Origin: Pelagomonas calceolata
Lineage: Eukaryota
Reading direction: 5' to 3'
Assembly: GCA_918797485.1 (NCBI GenBank)
Contig: CAKKNE010000005.1
Location: 868,001 to 932,000, forward strand
Length of the DNA: 64,000 nt
In this document: positions 45,772 to 56,720 of the stretch, in pieces
Layout of the letters: each line of letters begins with the position of its first letter
How positions within the stretch are numbered: the stretch's first letter is position 1
Notes under the pieces: generated by a model
The model's database searches: none
What the model was told of the DNA's origin: nothing
The model's input: the letters and a program-made list of their open reading frames with translations, nothing else
Made by a program: the position numbers and the translations under genes

Positions 45772-46551
45772 TTAGCCGAGGAGCGCCTGGAGCGCGCCCC
45801 CGACGGCCTGGAAGAGCGCGTACTGGGGCGACTTCCGCCAGGGCCGGGCCTCGGGAAAGGGCAGTGGCCTCCCGATCGCGTAGAGGACGCCGTAGAGCCC
45901 GCCGAGGCCGCCCGTCGTGCCGACCTGGCGGTCGACGACGTAGCCGATCGTGTAGCGCGTCACGAGGCCGGACTTGTCGAAGGTCAGCGAGCAGACTTGC
46001 GGCGGGTTCACGAGCTGCTTGCCCGTCGCCTGGGGCGCGAACGGCGGCAGCGGACCCGTGTTCGTGCCGCGCCCGCGCGCCGTGTACCACACTCTGTTTA
46101 AATCGAAGGGATCGACATGGAAGCCGTAGAACTCGCCCTGAAAGTCGGGGAAGGCCTTGTCAAAATCGACGGAGCCGATCGCATCCACAAAAGCCTGCTT
46201 GTCGAGCGGACCGACGACGGGGCCCTCAAAAACAAAACTCTCGGCCAGCAGCGCGGGGTCCGCACCCAGGCCGCCGCGGCTCGAGATGAATCGTTTGGAG
46301 AGCGTGATCATCTCGTCGGCCGAGAGCGGAAAGGTGCTCCGCGCGAGCGCGGCCGCCTCGTCGACGAACAACGACTCATCAATATCAGCTTCTTTTACGA
46401 GCTCTGGTTCCGCGACCGCGGCTGCATAGTGTGGCGCGGCTGCATAGTGTGGTGCAGCAGTCTGAGGTTGTAAAGGCCTTTCGAATCGCATTAATGCCGA
46501 TGATGCGCGAGCCAGCAGGAATGTTGTCACAGTGCTCAGTGCCATCTTCAT
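45772..46551 (-). CDS. Plastid-type presequence protein, SnoaL/NTF2-like fold
   Basis: Signal peptide; FVFEGPVVGPL, AFPDF, HVDPF..NRVWYT, GYVVDR..G.TGGLGG. Confidence 0.7.
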   Translation of the reverse strand: MKMALSTVTTFLLARASSALMRFERPLQPQTAAPHYAAAPHYAAAVAEPELVKEADIDESLFVDEAAALARSTFPLSADEMITLSKRFISSRGGLGADPALLAESFVFEGPVVGPLDKQAFVDAIGSVDFDKAFPDFQGEFYGFHVDPFDLNRVWYTARGRGTNTGPLPPFAPQATGKQLVNPPQVCSLTFDKSGLVTRYTIGYVVDRQVGTTGGLGGLYGVLYAIGRPLPFPEARPWRKSPQYALFQAVGGALQALLG

Positions 46552-46646
46552 TTTGCTCGATGTCGTTCGTTTTGCTTTTTACGTGCGATGCGCTGGCAAG
46601 CTCCAAACTTGGCTGGCTCAGGTGAACGGGTTTTCTCGTGATATAA

Positions 46647-47345
46647 CTAAGACTTATTCTTCGCCTCCGCGAACTTCTTCAGCCCGTTCGCCCACTCGCT
46701 ATACTGGAGGCCCCGCGGCGTCCGCTGCGCCACGACGCCCGGGCAGTTCCGCGCGACGATGGCGCAGTGGTCGCTCCAGTTACTGTCGTCGAAAAATAAC
46801 ATCCCGTCATAATCAATGCCCGTCGCCTCCCGGATGAGCGGGAAGTGCGTCTTGGATTTGTCCGACGACAGCGGCGGCGTCCGCCCGATCCGGATGTGGT
46901 CCATCATATTCTCGGGATGACCGCGGCACAAGACCTCGCGCAGCGTCACGCCCGGCACGATCTCGAGAATATCTAGCGCCGCCTGCGCGATGGCTGCCGC
47001 AAACGGCGTGTCCGCCGAGGAGGCCACCGCGAGCTTCGTCGGGTCGTGCTGACCGTCGTGAAACTCCTGCAGGACCCGCAGCGCGTCCGGGAAAAGGCGA
47101 ATCACATCCGAACCGGACCGCACGCCGATCACGCCCTCTCCTCTTCCATTGAGGTCGCCACGCACGGGGTCCGACGGCATCTCGGATAACGTGAACATCT
47201 CCGGCGACCAGAGGCAGTCGTCCATGTCCCAGACCACCAATGCCGGCGTCGCGGCCACCCTGATGCGCCGTCGCGCCACCGCTGCGTGCCGTGTAAACGC
47301 GTGCGCGCGGCGCATGGCGAGCAGGAGCATCAGTGCGCCGCGCAT
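46647..47345 (-). CDS. MDP1: Magnesium-dependent phosphatase 1-like HAD phosphatase with presequence
   Basis: LVVWDMDDCLW, LFPD, AVASS, KTHF, MLFFDD. Confidence 0.85.
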   Translation of the reverse strand: MRGALMLLLAMRRAHAFTRHAAVARRRIRVAATPALVVWDMDDCLWSPEMFTLSEMPSDPVRGDLNGRGEGVIGVRSGSDVIRLFPDALRVLQEFHDGQHDPTKLAVASSADTPFAAAIAQAALDILEIVPGVTLREVLCRGHPENMMDHIRIGRTPPLSSDKSKTHFPLIREATGIDYDGMLFFDDSNWSDHCAIVARNCPGVVAQRTPRGLQYSEWANGLKKFAEAKNKS

Positions 47346-47712
47346 TGCAGCGTGTGACGATGCAACTTGCTCGAGCGGGCGTGTGGTGCCAGCGTTTGCA
47401 CTGGCGACTGCCGCACAATTCGATGCAAATGGGTCCAGCGCCTTGCCGTGCACTTATAGTGCAGCACCTGTCTCGCGGTGGTCGAGAGGAGAGGGCCGGC
47501 AAAAAAGCGGAGCTAGCGGCAGTAAGACACTAGCAAGACAAAAAAGCTCGCAGATCGCGCGCGCCGCGATTCGCGCGGAGGAAAGCAGCCAAGCATCGTC
47601 GCCAGCACTGCGAATTGCTCGTTTCGAACGCATCGAGGCAACCCCGCGCCCATTTGTTCGGGCGGGCAGCCCAGAAGCAAGAGGGCAGCCCGAAAGGCAA
47701 ACACAGCTCGCG

Positions 47713-50098
47713 ATGAGCAGCTGGCGCCCCGGCGACGCGCCGCGCGGCCGCCGCGACTACCGCGACGGTCCGCCGCCGCAGAACTACTACCCGCCGCAGC
47801 GCTACGACGACCGCCGCGGCCGCTCGCGGTCGCGCGACCGCGGGCCGCCGCCCGGGCGCTACGAGGACCGCGGGCCGCCCGGCCCGGGCTACGGCTACCA
47901 ACGTGGCGGCCCGGGCTACGGAAACCAAGGCTACGGACGTCAGGGAGGCTACCAAGGCCGCGACGTCTACCCCCGAGAAAGGCGCCGTGACCAGCCCATC
48001 CGGAAGGGCCGCATCGGCCCGCGGCCGTCGCGCGAGTGCATCGCGCTGAATCGGGAACTCACGAACCCGCGCACCGACGTGCTACAACTCTTCGATCGGA
48101 GGGGCCACGAATTTAATGGAGTGAACCTCGCGACGGCAATTTATCAACTGGCCAAGCGCCGCGTGAAGAACACGGAGGCCGTCGAGCGCATGCTCGAACG
48201 CGCCGCGGAACGGATCAATTCCGACGTGAGCGAGTTCGACGCGCGGGCCCTCGCGAACTGCGCGTGGGGCGCCGTCAAGCTCGAATCGTCGAACATGCGT
48301 ATTCTAGATGCCGTGGCCGACGCGACGCCGCGCGTGCTCGAGGACTTCAATCCGCAAGCCATCGCGAACACGCTGTGGGCCTTCGCGACGAAAGACGTAG
48401 CCGCGCCGGAGTTGTTTGAAACATTATCGACCGCGGCCCTGCCGTTGATGGACCGCTTCAACGCGCAAGATTTGGGGAACACGGCCTGGGCGTGCGCCAA
48501 AGCGGACAAATGCGATTCTAGGTTATTTCAGCGCATCGAGGCGCAGTGCTGTCGGACCTTGCACAAGTTCGAGCCCCAGAATATTTCCAATGTTGTGTGG
48601 AGTTTTGCTACTGCTGGCATCCCGGCTCCTAATTTATTTAGAGCGGTCGCCGACGGTATCGTCGAGGACGGTCGAAGGAACTCGCACCGCTGGCGGCGCT
48701 TCAACGCCCAGGCCTTTGCCAACTTAGTCTGGGCCTACGCTACCGTCAAGCACGACCACCCGCAGATGTTCGACGTCATTGAGCATGCAGCTATCCAATG
48801 CTTCGACCAGTTCGATCCCCAGAACCTGGCGAATTTCGCCTGGGCCTACGCGACGGTCGAGCGGGCCTCGCCCCAGTTGTTCGGTGCTTTAGCGCAAGCT
48901 TTGCTGCCTCGTTTGGACGACTTCATCGCCGAAGGTCTCAGCTCGACGGCCTGGGCCTACGCCAAGGCCGGTATTGCGGCACCCGCGCTCTTCCGCGAGA
49001 TTGCGAAAAATGCGCAAGCGAAGCTGGGGTCCTTCAACCACCAGGCTTTGTACGTAGCAGCGTCCCATGTCTCGCCTCGACGGCGTGGAGGGTGTCGAGT
49101 CCTATTCCAACGCCATCGACGCGATGCCGTCCCGGCGACCGCGTCGCCTCGACGGCGAGTACCGCACCTCACACACGACGACGCTTACCACACGCAGGGC
49201 CAACGTCGCCTGGGCCTTCGCCGCGGCCGACGTCCACGCGCCCGAGCTCTTCGACGCCATCGCCGAGACGGCATTATCTCAAGGAGAGCGCTTCAACTCC
49301 CAAGATTTAGCGAACCTGGCCCAGGCCTTCTCGAACGCTCGGAGGTCCTCGCCGAAGCTCTTCGACTTCATCGCGAAGACCTGCCTGCAACGCGGGTTGG
49401 GGGCGTTCAACTCCCAGGACCTCGCGAACACGGCCTTCGCTTTCGGGACCGCCGGCCACGCGTCCCGGGAATTGTTCGATGCCATCGGCGAGGCGGCGCC
49501 GCGCTCGATCGGGAGCTTCACGGGGCAGGGCCTGGCCAACACCTTGTGGGCCTACTGCGTCTTAGGTGTCGATGCTCCTGCCTTCTTCACGGCGGCGGCC
49601 GAGGCCCTGCCTGCTCATATTGATAGATTAAGGGAAGACTTCGCGGCATCTTCTCAGTTATATCAGGTCTTCTTGTATCTACAAATTGAAAGCCCGCACC
49701 AGAAGCTGCTACCCGTCCTCGCGGAGCATCGACAAATATGGCTCGACGCCTTCTGGAACGATAGTATAAGACCGTCGCAATCTCAGTTGGGCGTGTCGCA
49801 CGCGTTGAATGTCTTAGGTTGGGATCACGAGGACGAGCTCAGGACGGAAGATGGTCTTTCATTAGATATGGCCAACTCCTCCACAAAGACGGTGGTCGAG
49901 TTCGACGGGCCGACCCACTACCTCCAAGGGCCCGACGGGCCGTCGCTCGACGGCCGCACGCACTTCAAGCGGCGGCTTTTGGCTCGGTTGGGCTGGACGT
50001 GCGCGGCGGTGCCCTACTTCGAGTGGGACCCGCTACTCGCTTCCGGCGCGACGGAGCCGTATCTGCGGGGCGTGCTCGCTCGGTTGAAGAGCGAGTAA
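47713..50098 (+). CDS. OPR/heptatricopeptide-repeat protein with C-terminal RAP domain (exons 47713-49049, 49198-50098)
   Basis: ~38-aa FN.Q.LAN.AWA.A repeats; RAP motif SLDMA...VEFDGPTHY...KRRLL...GW...VPYFEW. Confidence 0.9.
49050..49197 (+). other. Spliceosomal intron (GT-AG, 148 nt) carrying the introner core motif
   Basis: TT|GTACGT...CACGCAG|G restores FNHQALANVAW; contains ACGCCATCGACGCGA. Confidence 0.85.
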
Positions 50099-50418
50099 GG
50101 TCGTAGTCCTTCGTGCTTGAAATCCCGCGCGCGCGGCACGCGTTGTATTGCCCCCCGTTCTGGGACTCGTGATTTGGCGCCGTTGCGCCGTTGCGAGGCT
50201 TATTTACGGCTCGAAACGCGTGCGCGTGAGAGCCACGGAGGTTGCGATATGGCACGCTCTCCTCGAAGCAGGAGAGGCATTGCACAGCAGCGCCTCAAGC
50301 GCAACGCAAGGACGCCAGGAGCAGCAACGAAGCGATGTGGGTGACATATTTAGACCCCGACTCGAGGTCCGGGCAACAATTCAGGCATTGAACGACAGCT
50401 GTGCAGCTCTGAGCAGCC

Positions 50419-52821
50419 ATGCCGCGCCCGCCCTCCAACTCACTGGAGCTCGACGACGGTGCAAGCGAAGCGGCCGAAGAATTGCCGACGCCGCAGTGCT
50501 GGTCCCAGGAGCCGTCCACCAGCGTCCGACGGCGGCGGCGACGACGGTGGCCGACGTCTGTCCTCGCGCGCCTCGCGGCCGGCACCGTCGCGGCATCACT
50601 GGCGTACGCTGGCCACAGCAAATTCAAGCGCTCCGACCTCTACGGCGTCGCGGACCGATCAAAGTGGCGTTCCTGCGCCGGCTACGACCAGCGCGACTTC
50701 GCCGCCGTCGCCGCGGCCACCGTCGGCTTCCCGGTCGCGTGGTTTTGTTTCGCCGGCGCGGGGAGCGCCGCGGCGCGGCTCGGGTCACTGCCCCTATTAA
50801 TGGCGCTCGCCGCGGGAGCACTAATTACGGTCGCGCTCGCGTATCGCGACGCTTCAGCAATCTTACGGTGCGGCGTGCTCTGGTGCGACGCCGCAGTCCA
50901 TAACGAAGCGTCGAACTACGCCACCACCGTCGCCCTCATGCTCTTGATAGGCGGTTTGGCAGCATTCCTACTCTTCGCCGGCCTCGCCCTCCGCGTCGCG
51001 CGGCGGCGGTCAACACCCACAACAACCTTAACGGAGCCGCTCCTCGACGACGCGGAGGCGGGACCACCGGAGCCACTTCCCACAAAAGCGCCCAACACCA
51101 TAGCGTGGACGGTCTCACTGATAGTTGTATTAGCTTTACTATTGCTCCTCACGTCGATACTCCCGAACTCGTGGCAGGGCTTTACTTCAGCGGGCATCGC
51201 CAAATACCGACGGACGGGCGCCGGTGCGATGGTCGACCAGTGGACGCCCGCCGCGCCCGAAGGGAAGCATGCATGGTTCCACACCGCCTTCTACCAAATA
51301 AACGCGCGCCTGACGCTTAAGGTGTACCCCGACGTGGTCCTGTACTACGCCTTCCTGGCGGCCCTGGCTGTGATAGCGTGCGCGGGGCGCGTCTCCCCGA
51401 GAGTCGGGAGGCTGCTCCGGCGGCGGCTGCGTATGGGGTCCGTCGGCGAATGCGTCGCCCTGGGCCTCTTCGCGCTGCTCCTGGTCTTGGAAGGGCGTTA
51501 TGCGTTTGTTGACCACCAGTACGCCTCGGACCCGACGAAGGGACGGTGGGAGGTCGTCGCGCGAGGTTTTGGCCAGTTTGCGAACCTCGGTCTGGCGCTG
51601 CTCTTGCTACCCGTGGCGCGAACCTCGATAATAGCCGAGGCCTTCGGCCTGGCCTGGGAGCAGCTGCTGTGGGTCCACATCTGGGTCGGCTACGCGACGT
51701 TATTGTTATTCGTTGTCCACGCCTTGTGCTGGTACAAAGTCTACGCAGCGCTCCACATTTTTCCCGAAGACGTCCTGGAGATACCGATGTACTACCCCAC
51801 GAACGGCCAGCCCAAGTCCGCGGGACGGTGCTCCGACGACTGGACCGTGCCGCTCGCGACCATCACGACGTTCCTCGCTTTGATATTCCTCGGCGTCCTC
51901 TCGCACCACCAGGTCCGCCGCAACCACTTCGAGGTGTTTTATTATACGCACCACTTCTTTATCGCGGTCTACGCCGTCGCGCTGTGGCACGCCGCGTCCT
52001 GCTGGTATCTTGTTGTTGGTAGTTTAGTGCACGCGTGTGCCGATCGCATGGCGCGCTTAAGTGAAGCTGGTCGGAGGTGGCGCGTCGTGGCACTGGAGCC
52101 CTGCTTCGACGGCGTCGTCCACTTGGAGCTAGCCTTACGGGACGGCGCGTTCGCCTTCGAGGCGGGCCAGTACTGCTTTTTGCGAGTCGGTCGCATCTCC
52201 GACCTGGAGTGGCACCCCTTCACCTTGTCCGGGGCGCCGTCGGACCGACGGATCCAGTTCGATATAAAGGCGATGGGTGCCGAGGGCACGTTCGCGGCGC
52301 GGCTGCTGCGCTTGGCCGAGGACCGCGTTGACGCGAAGACGCTCGACGTCGCCGTCGAGGGCCCCTACGGCTGCGCGCCTTCGTATACACAGTACGACGC
52401 CGTGCTCCTCGTCGCGGGCGGCATCGGCGTGACGCCGTGTCACTCCATCTTCCGGGAACTGTACATCCGCGCGGCGGCGGGGCGCAACGGGCCCGCTGTC
52501 AAGTTATTGTGGGTCGCGCGGCACCGCCGGTGCTTCGAGCTTTTTGGGACGACCCTACGCGCCGCGGTGGGCGACGACGCCTTCCGCCTCGCGCTCTACG
52601 TCGACGGCGAGAAGCCTCGCGACGCCTGGGGCGAGGCCGACGCGCATCAAGGAATCCCCTTCACGCACGGCCGGCCGGACGTTAAGCGAGCCGTCGCGGA
52701 CCTCGCGGCATGTTCGTCGCCGTACGTCTTCGTCTGCGGGCCGCCGGGGCTCTCCGCGGCGTGCGCGGCGGCCGCGCTCGAGCACGACGTGGCTTTTCAT
52801 TCGGAGGTGTTCGCCTTTTAA
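50419..52821 (+). CDS. Ferric reductase / NADPH oxidase (FRE/NOX) family protein with extra N-terminal TM segments
   Basis: Heme His pairs (HIWVG..HAL; THH..WH), AGQY, EWHPFT, VEGPYG, VAGGIGVTP, HGRPD, VCGP, FHSEVF. Confidence 0.92.
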   Translation: MPRPPSNSLELDDGASEAAEELPTPQCWSQEPSTSVRRRRRRRWPTSVLARLAAGTVAASLAYAGHSKFKRSDLYGVADRSKWRSCAGYDQRDFAAVAAATVGFPVAWFCFAGAGSAAARLGSLPLLMALAAGALITVALAYRDASAILRCGVLWCDAAVHNEASNYATTVALMLLIGGLAAFLLFAGLALRVARRRSTPTTTLTEPLLDDAEAGPPEPLPTKAPNTIAWTVSLIVVLALLLLLTSILPNSWQGFTSAGIAKYRRTGAGAMVDQWTPAAPEGKHAWFHTAFYQINARLTLKVYPDVVLYYAFLAALAVIACAGRVSPRVGRLLRRRLRMGSVGECVALGLFALLLVLEGRYAFVDHQYASDPTKGRWEVVARGFGQFANLGLALLLLPVARTSIIAEAFGLAWEQLLWVHIWVGYATLLLFVVHALCWYKVYAALHIFPEDVLEIPMYYPTNGQPKSAGRCSDDWTVPLATITTFLALIFLGVLSHHQVRRNHFEVFYYTHHFFIAVYAVALWHAASCWYLVVGSLVHACADRMARLSEAGRRWRVVALEPCFDGVVHLELALRDGAFAFEAGQYCFLRVGRISDLEWHPFTLSGAPSDRRIQFDIKAMGAEGTFAARLLRLAEDRVDAKTLDVAVEGPYGCAPSYTQYDAVLLVAGGIGVTPCHSIFRELYIRAAAGRNGPAVKLLWVARHRRCFELFGTTLRAAVGDDAFRLALYVDGEKPRDAWGEADAHQGIPFTHGRPDVKRAVADLAACSSPYVFVCGPPGLSAACAAAALEHDVAFHSEVFAF

Positions 52822-52919
52822 TTTTGGTTTTGTGTTATGAATGGTTGCCTGGGGCACTGGCACGACACGCCTTTTAATTTAATTTTGTGTTATGAACACC
52901 TAGTCGGTGCCTGGAGCAC

Positions 52920-53417
52920 CTAGTGGACAATCGCCGTCGCCTTCGCGACGGCGGCCCGGCCGCCCTCCGCGAGGACATCCACCATCTTCTGCGCCGCCGG
53001 CATGGCCACGTCCATGACGCCCATGACCACGTCGCGCGGCAGGAGCGCGACGGCGCCCGCCACGACGGCGCCGACCAAAGCGAGGACGCCCAGGAAGCCC
53101 AAACCAGTCGACTTCGCCTGGGCTTTCTTCGCCCGCGGCGTCATCGTTTTAGTGGGCGGCGGCGGCGGCACGGGCGTCGCCGGCGCGTTGTAGGCCGTCA
53201 TCCTGTATTCGGGCGCCCCTCCAAGCCGCTTGAACAGCAAGTTCTTCCAGCAGGCGCGCACGCCGGCCTGCGTCAGCGTCTCGTCCGTGACGTAGCGGTC
53301 GAGCTCGTAGACGGCCTTGAGCTCCGACAGCGAGCCGAAGGCTTCCACGATGCGGTCGGTGGTACCCTCGTCAAATCCGTCGCAGAACTCCCTCAATTCT
53401 TCTTCCTCGTCGCTCAT
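52920..53417 (-). CDS. Small membrane protein, hypothetical
   Basis: ATG-started ORF with a TM segment (GLGFLGVLALVGAVVAGAVALL). Confidence 0.6.
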   Translation of the reverse strand: MSDEEEELREFCDGFDEGTTDRIVEAFGSLSELKAVYELDRYVTDETLTQAGVRACWKNLLFKRLGGAPEYRMTAYNAPATPVPPPPPTKTMTPRAKKAQAKSTGLGFLGVLALVGAVVAGAVALLPRDVVMGVMDVAMPAAQKMVDVLAEGGRAAVAKATAIVH

Positions 53418-53825
53418 GATCACCGTCGGCGGCGTAACCTATGCACACAAAATGAATGACTATGTCATTGCTTGGGCGGGGCGCGCGAGCAACGATGGAC
53501 GCGGCAGGGCACGGCGCGCGGGCTTTCGACAGTCTGCATGAATGGGCAGCGCGTGGGCTGCTTCTGTCGTCAGTTGGCTTATGAGCAAAATTTGGTGCGA
53601 AATCTTGCTAGTGTCTTACGCCGCTACCACACGAGTATTCCCAATATGGGGCGTGGCGATTGTCAAGGGTCGGGCCGAGTGTCTACTGGCTTTGTTGGAA
53701 TGTACAGTACCGAACGCGTCGCCGCGGTCCAAGGTCGCCTGCGGGAAGTCGCGGGACAAGTTGATTGAACGGGCGAACGTTGCACATTGTTCGGGGGGGT
53801 TTGCCGAGGCGGTTCAGCTTAGAAG

Positions 53826-54070
53826 GAGGTACGCTGTTATGAAAGAAGCGGCCCGCGCCCGCCGCCGATGAATCGGCGACGCGCGGTGTCTCCCCCCCAG
53901 CCCTGGGCAGGGGCTCCGCCCACTAGTCCTAGCACCGTAACATCGAGACCGAGTATTCCCAAGGCGCCCCGCGGGCCCGAAGGCCGCAGCCCGGGACGGT
54001 ACCCCCTCAAACTGGCCCATCGCCGAAGGACCATTCGTGGGGCCCCGACAGCTAGGTCGAGATCTCACCA
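53826..54070 (-). repeat. Longest copy of the interspersed repeat GTTACGGTGCTAGGACTAGTGGGCGGAG... (other copies 1025-1042, 6366-6463, 14907-14970, 20932-21042, 58491-58566)
   Basis: Direct sequence identity among copies; internal hairpin CGCCGAT-GA-ATCGGCG. Confidence 0.85.
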
Positions 54071-54144
54071 CCCCGCACGAAACAAACAAACCAACAACAA
54101 ATAGTCCTACTAATAGTAGTAGCAGCACCGTAAAAATTACACGT

Positions 54145-55038
54145 CTATCCCTTGGGCAGGATCGGCTTGGACACGAAGCCCTCGTGCGCGTTCGCCTCCA
54201 CAAGAATCCCCCGCGCCGCGCACCGCTCGCGCAGCAGCGCCGCCGCCGCGTCGTAGAGCGCCTCGTCGTAGACGTCCTCGTAGGCCGTCAGGTTCGCCAT
54301 CGCCGCGGCGCGCTCGCGTTTCGTGTACTGGTGCCGCGCCTGCGCGCTCTTGACCAGCTCGGCAGAGCTCGTCGCGTTGAACTCCGCCAACGCGAGCTGC
54401 ACGCTCGCGCTCCAGTGGTCCTGGACGCCGACGAAGCGAAAGTCCTCCTCTAAACGGCGGATCGCCTCCCTACTCATATCCGGCGTCACGTCCACCGCCT
54501 CCCCGCAGTGTATCCCAAGAACCATTTTTGTCTGGCAGTGCGCGATGCCCGGGTAGCGCGCGTAGGCCTGAATCGTCGGCATCGCCCGCCTCAGGCGCCG
54601 CCGCGCGGCCCAGCCCGACCGGTTCTTTTCCGGGTGGCCGAGGGGCAGCATGGGATGGCCCACCTCCCGCAACCCGAAGAACCACGCGCTCGCGAGCCGC
54701 GCCCGCGGCGATCTTATTAAAGTGACCGCGGTGCCGACGCCGTGCCTCGCCCTGATATACGGGCTGTGCGTGTGCGAGCCGGCTCCGAGCGCGTAGCTGC
54801 ATGCGTCTGACCATTTCCTTACGTTTCTTCGCTTGGGCTGCTCGGGGCAGGCCGCGGCCGCCAGCGTGGTGCCAAATGCCGTGCCCGTTTTTTGGATGTG
54901 CATCCAGAAAACGCAAGGCTTCGGCCCCCGGCGCGGGCAGCGGCCCCGGGCGACCTGCGGCTGTTCGGCCGGCTGCTGCGGTGCGACGGCGCTCACCGCC
55001 ATGGGTAGCAGCATGTGGAGGAGAGTTGCACGAATCAT
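54145..55038 (-). CDS. Sulfotransferase-like secreted protein
   Basis: Signal peptide; FWMHIQKTGT (5'-PSB), TLIRSPRARLASAW (3'-PB), FVGV, DEALYDAA. Confidence 0.8.
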   Translation of the reverse strand: MIRATLLHMLLPMAVSAVAPQQPAEQPQVARGRCPRRGPKPCVFWMHIQKTGTAFGTTLAAAACPEQPKRRNVRKWSDACSYALGAGSHTHSPYIRARHGVGTAVTLIRSPRARLASAWFFGLREVGHPMLPLGHPEKNRSGWAARRRLRRAMPTIQAYARYPGIAHCQTKMVLGIHCGEAVDVTPDMSREAIRRLEEDFRFVGVQDHWSASVQLALAEFNATSSAELVKSAQARHQYTKRERAAAMANLTAYEDVYDEALYDAAAALLRERCAARGILVEANAHEGFVSKPILPKG

Positions 55039-55822
55039 CGCGTCGCCCCCACGCCGTCGACTCTACTCATGGCCTCAGCAGCTCCCCATGCTGCTGCCCA
55101 TTGGAAAATTGGCCCGCCGCACAGTGGCAGACGGCTGCCCGGTGGGCCGCAGCGACGCGGGCAGCCCGGTTGGCCGCGCTTGGCCCTGCGGTACGGCTCA
55201 GAGGTTGCGCAGACTCGGGCAAGGTCGGGGCTAGCGGCCTGTAAGACACTAGGAAGCACAAGTGGCGAGTCGTCAATCGACGAGCAAAAAGAAAGGAGGG
55301 GGTGCCCACCACTCCAGCTGTTCCGTGATCTTTTCCAAGTCACCCAAGGTACTTCTCGAATACGTGTTCCTGGACGCGAGACAGAGGTTCGGATGGATTG
55401 CTCGGTGACCCATCTGATCCGTTCTCCGTTTAGGTTAAAGTCAGGCACGACATCTATTTGCAAGGATATCGCCGCGAGACCCTCCATCTTCGCCAGGGCG
55501 CATTGATTAAAGCGTGATTCCAAGAGTTTCAAGGCAAGTGACTCGTACAGCTAGAGACATGGCTCTTTCGATTACAGGCAAAGGTCGATTTAGCGATATG
55601 GCTCGTATATAGGGGGCGCCACTTTGCGCCCGAGTCAGCCCCGAATTGACCCGGGTCTCATAAAAGGGCTGCCCGCGTCGCTGCGGCCCACCGGAGCGGC
55701 CTCTCGGCACGCAACATGTTGCTGGGGCAGCCCTTTGGGGACTTGCGGCGGGGCGTTCTTCCAATGGGCAGCACATGGGTAGCAAGAGTAGAGGCGACGT
55801 CGACGGCGTGGGGGGCGACGCG

Positions 55823-56720
55823 ATGATTCGGCCGCGTGTCTCTCTCCTTCACGTGCTGCTACCCATGGCGGTAGGCGCGGCCGCGGCCACGGATGGCGGT
55901 GGCACGACGCCGCGGCGGCCGGCCGAACAGCTGGAAGTTCGCTATAATGTAGAGGCGTCGAGGGCGCCGCGCTCGACGTCGTGGACCTCAGCTTCGAGCG
56001 GTACATTTGAGCGCGCCGACGCCCGAAGCACACGTGCATCGCCACTGGTCGTGGGCCGCGCTTCCACCCGTACAGCGCGACGGCGCAGCAGTTGTGCGGA
56101 GCCTAAGCGCACCATGAAACGTGCGCTTGTTGGAGAGACGCCGCACGTCCAAGGCTCACGTCATCGCGAGCCGACCGTGGCCTCGCCGGGCACGACCTTT
56201 GCGCAACGCGCGGCGGCGCCGTCGCGCTCGACGCCGTGGACACCTACACGCGCGGCGTCCTGGCGAAGGGCCGCCGTTCTGGCACCGTGACTTCCTGCGC
56301 GAATTGGATCGACGTCGACGCGACTTCTGTGTCACGTTCCCGAGGTCCCATCGGGAGCGGTCTACCGCTCGACGCGCCTTGGCGGCGCCAGCCGTCGTGA
56401 ACGACGGCGTCGAGCTCTGTGCCCGCGGTATAGTTCCAGACTCGCGGCGGCGGCGGCGCGGATCTATGTTCCAACCCGGCGCCGCGCGGTCGGCGCTTGA
56501 GAAGTCGCTGCAGGACGCGGCGCGCGGCGTCCAGGCGGCGCACACCGCGTCGTCGGCGCGGGCGCTCGACGGCTACCGCGACCGTCTCTGGCTGCGGCCG
56601 AGCCGCTCCTCGACGCGTCGCGGCTGGGCTCCATACCATCGACGCCATCGTGAGTCAGCAGCTAGTCAACAACGCGCCGCCGGCCCCGATAGGACCGGGT
56701 ACTGCACACGCGCGGGAGGG
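55823..56720 (+). pseudogene. Decayed gene sharing the leader of the adjacent sulfotransferase-like gene
   Basis: MIRPRVSLLHVLLPMAVGA...PAEQ vs MIRATLLHMLLPMAVSA...PAEQ; downstream coding-like segments in shifting frames with stops. Confidence 0.5.

Noticed and set aside
55260..55620. Lower-GC spacer as a transposase or viral gene fragment
   Set aside because: No recognisable motif in any frame; cannot be supported without a search.
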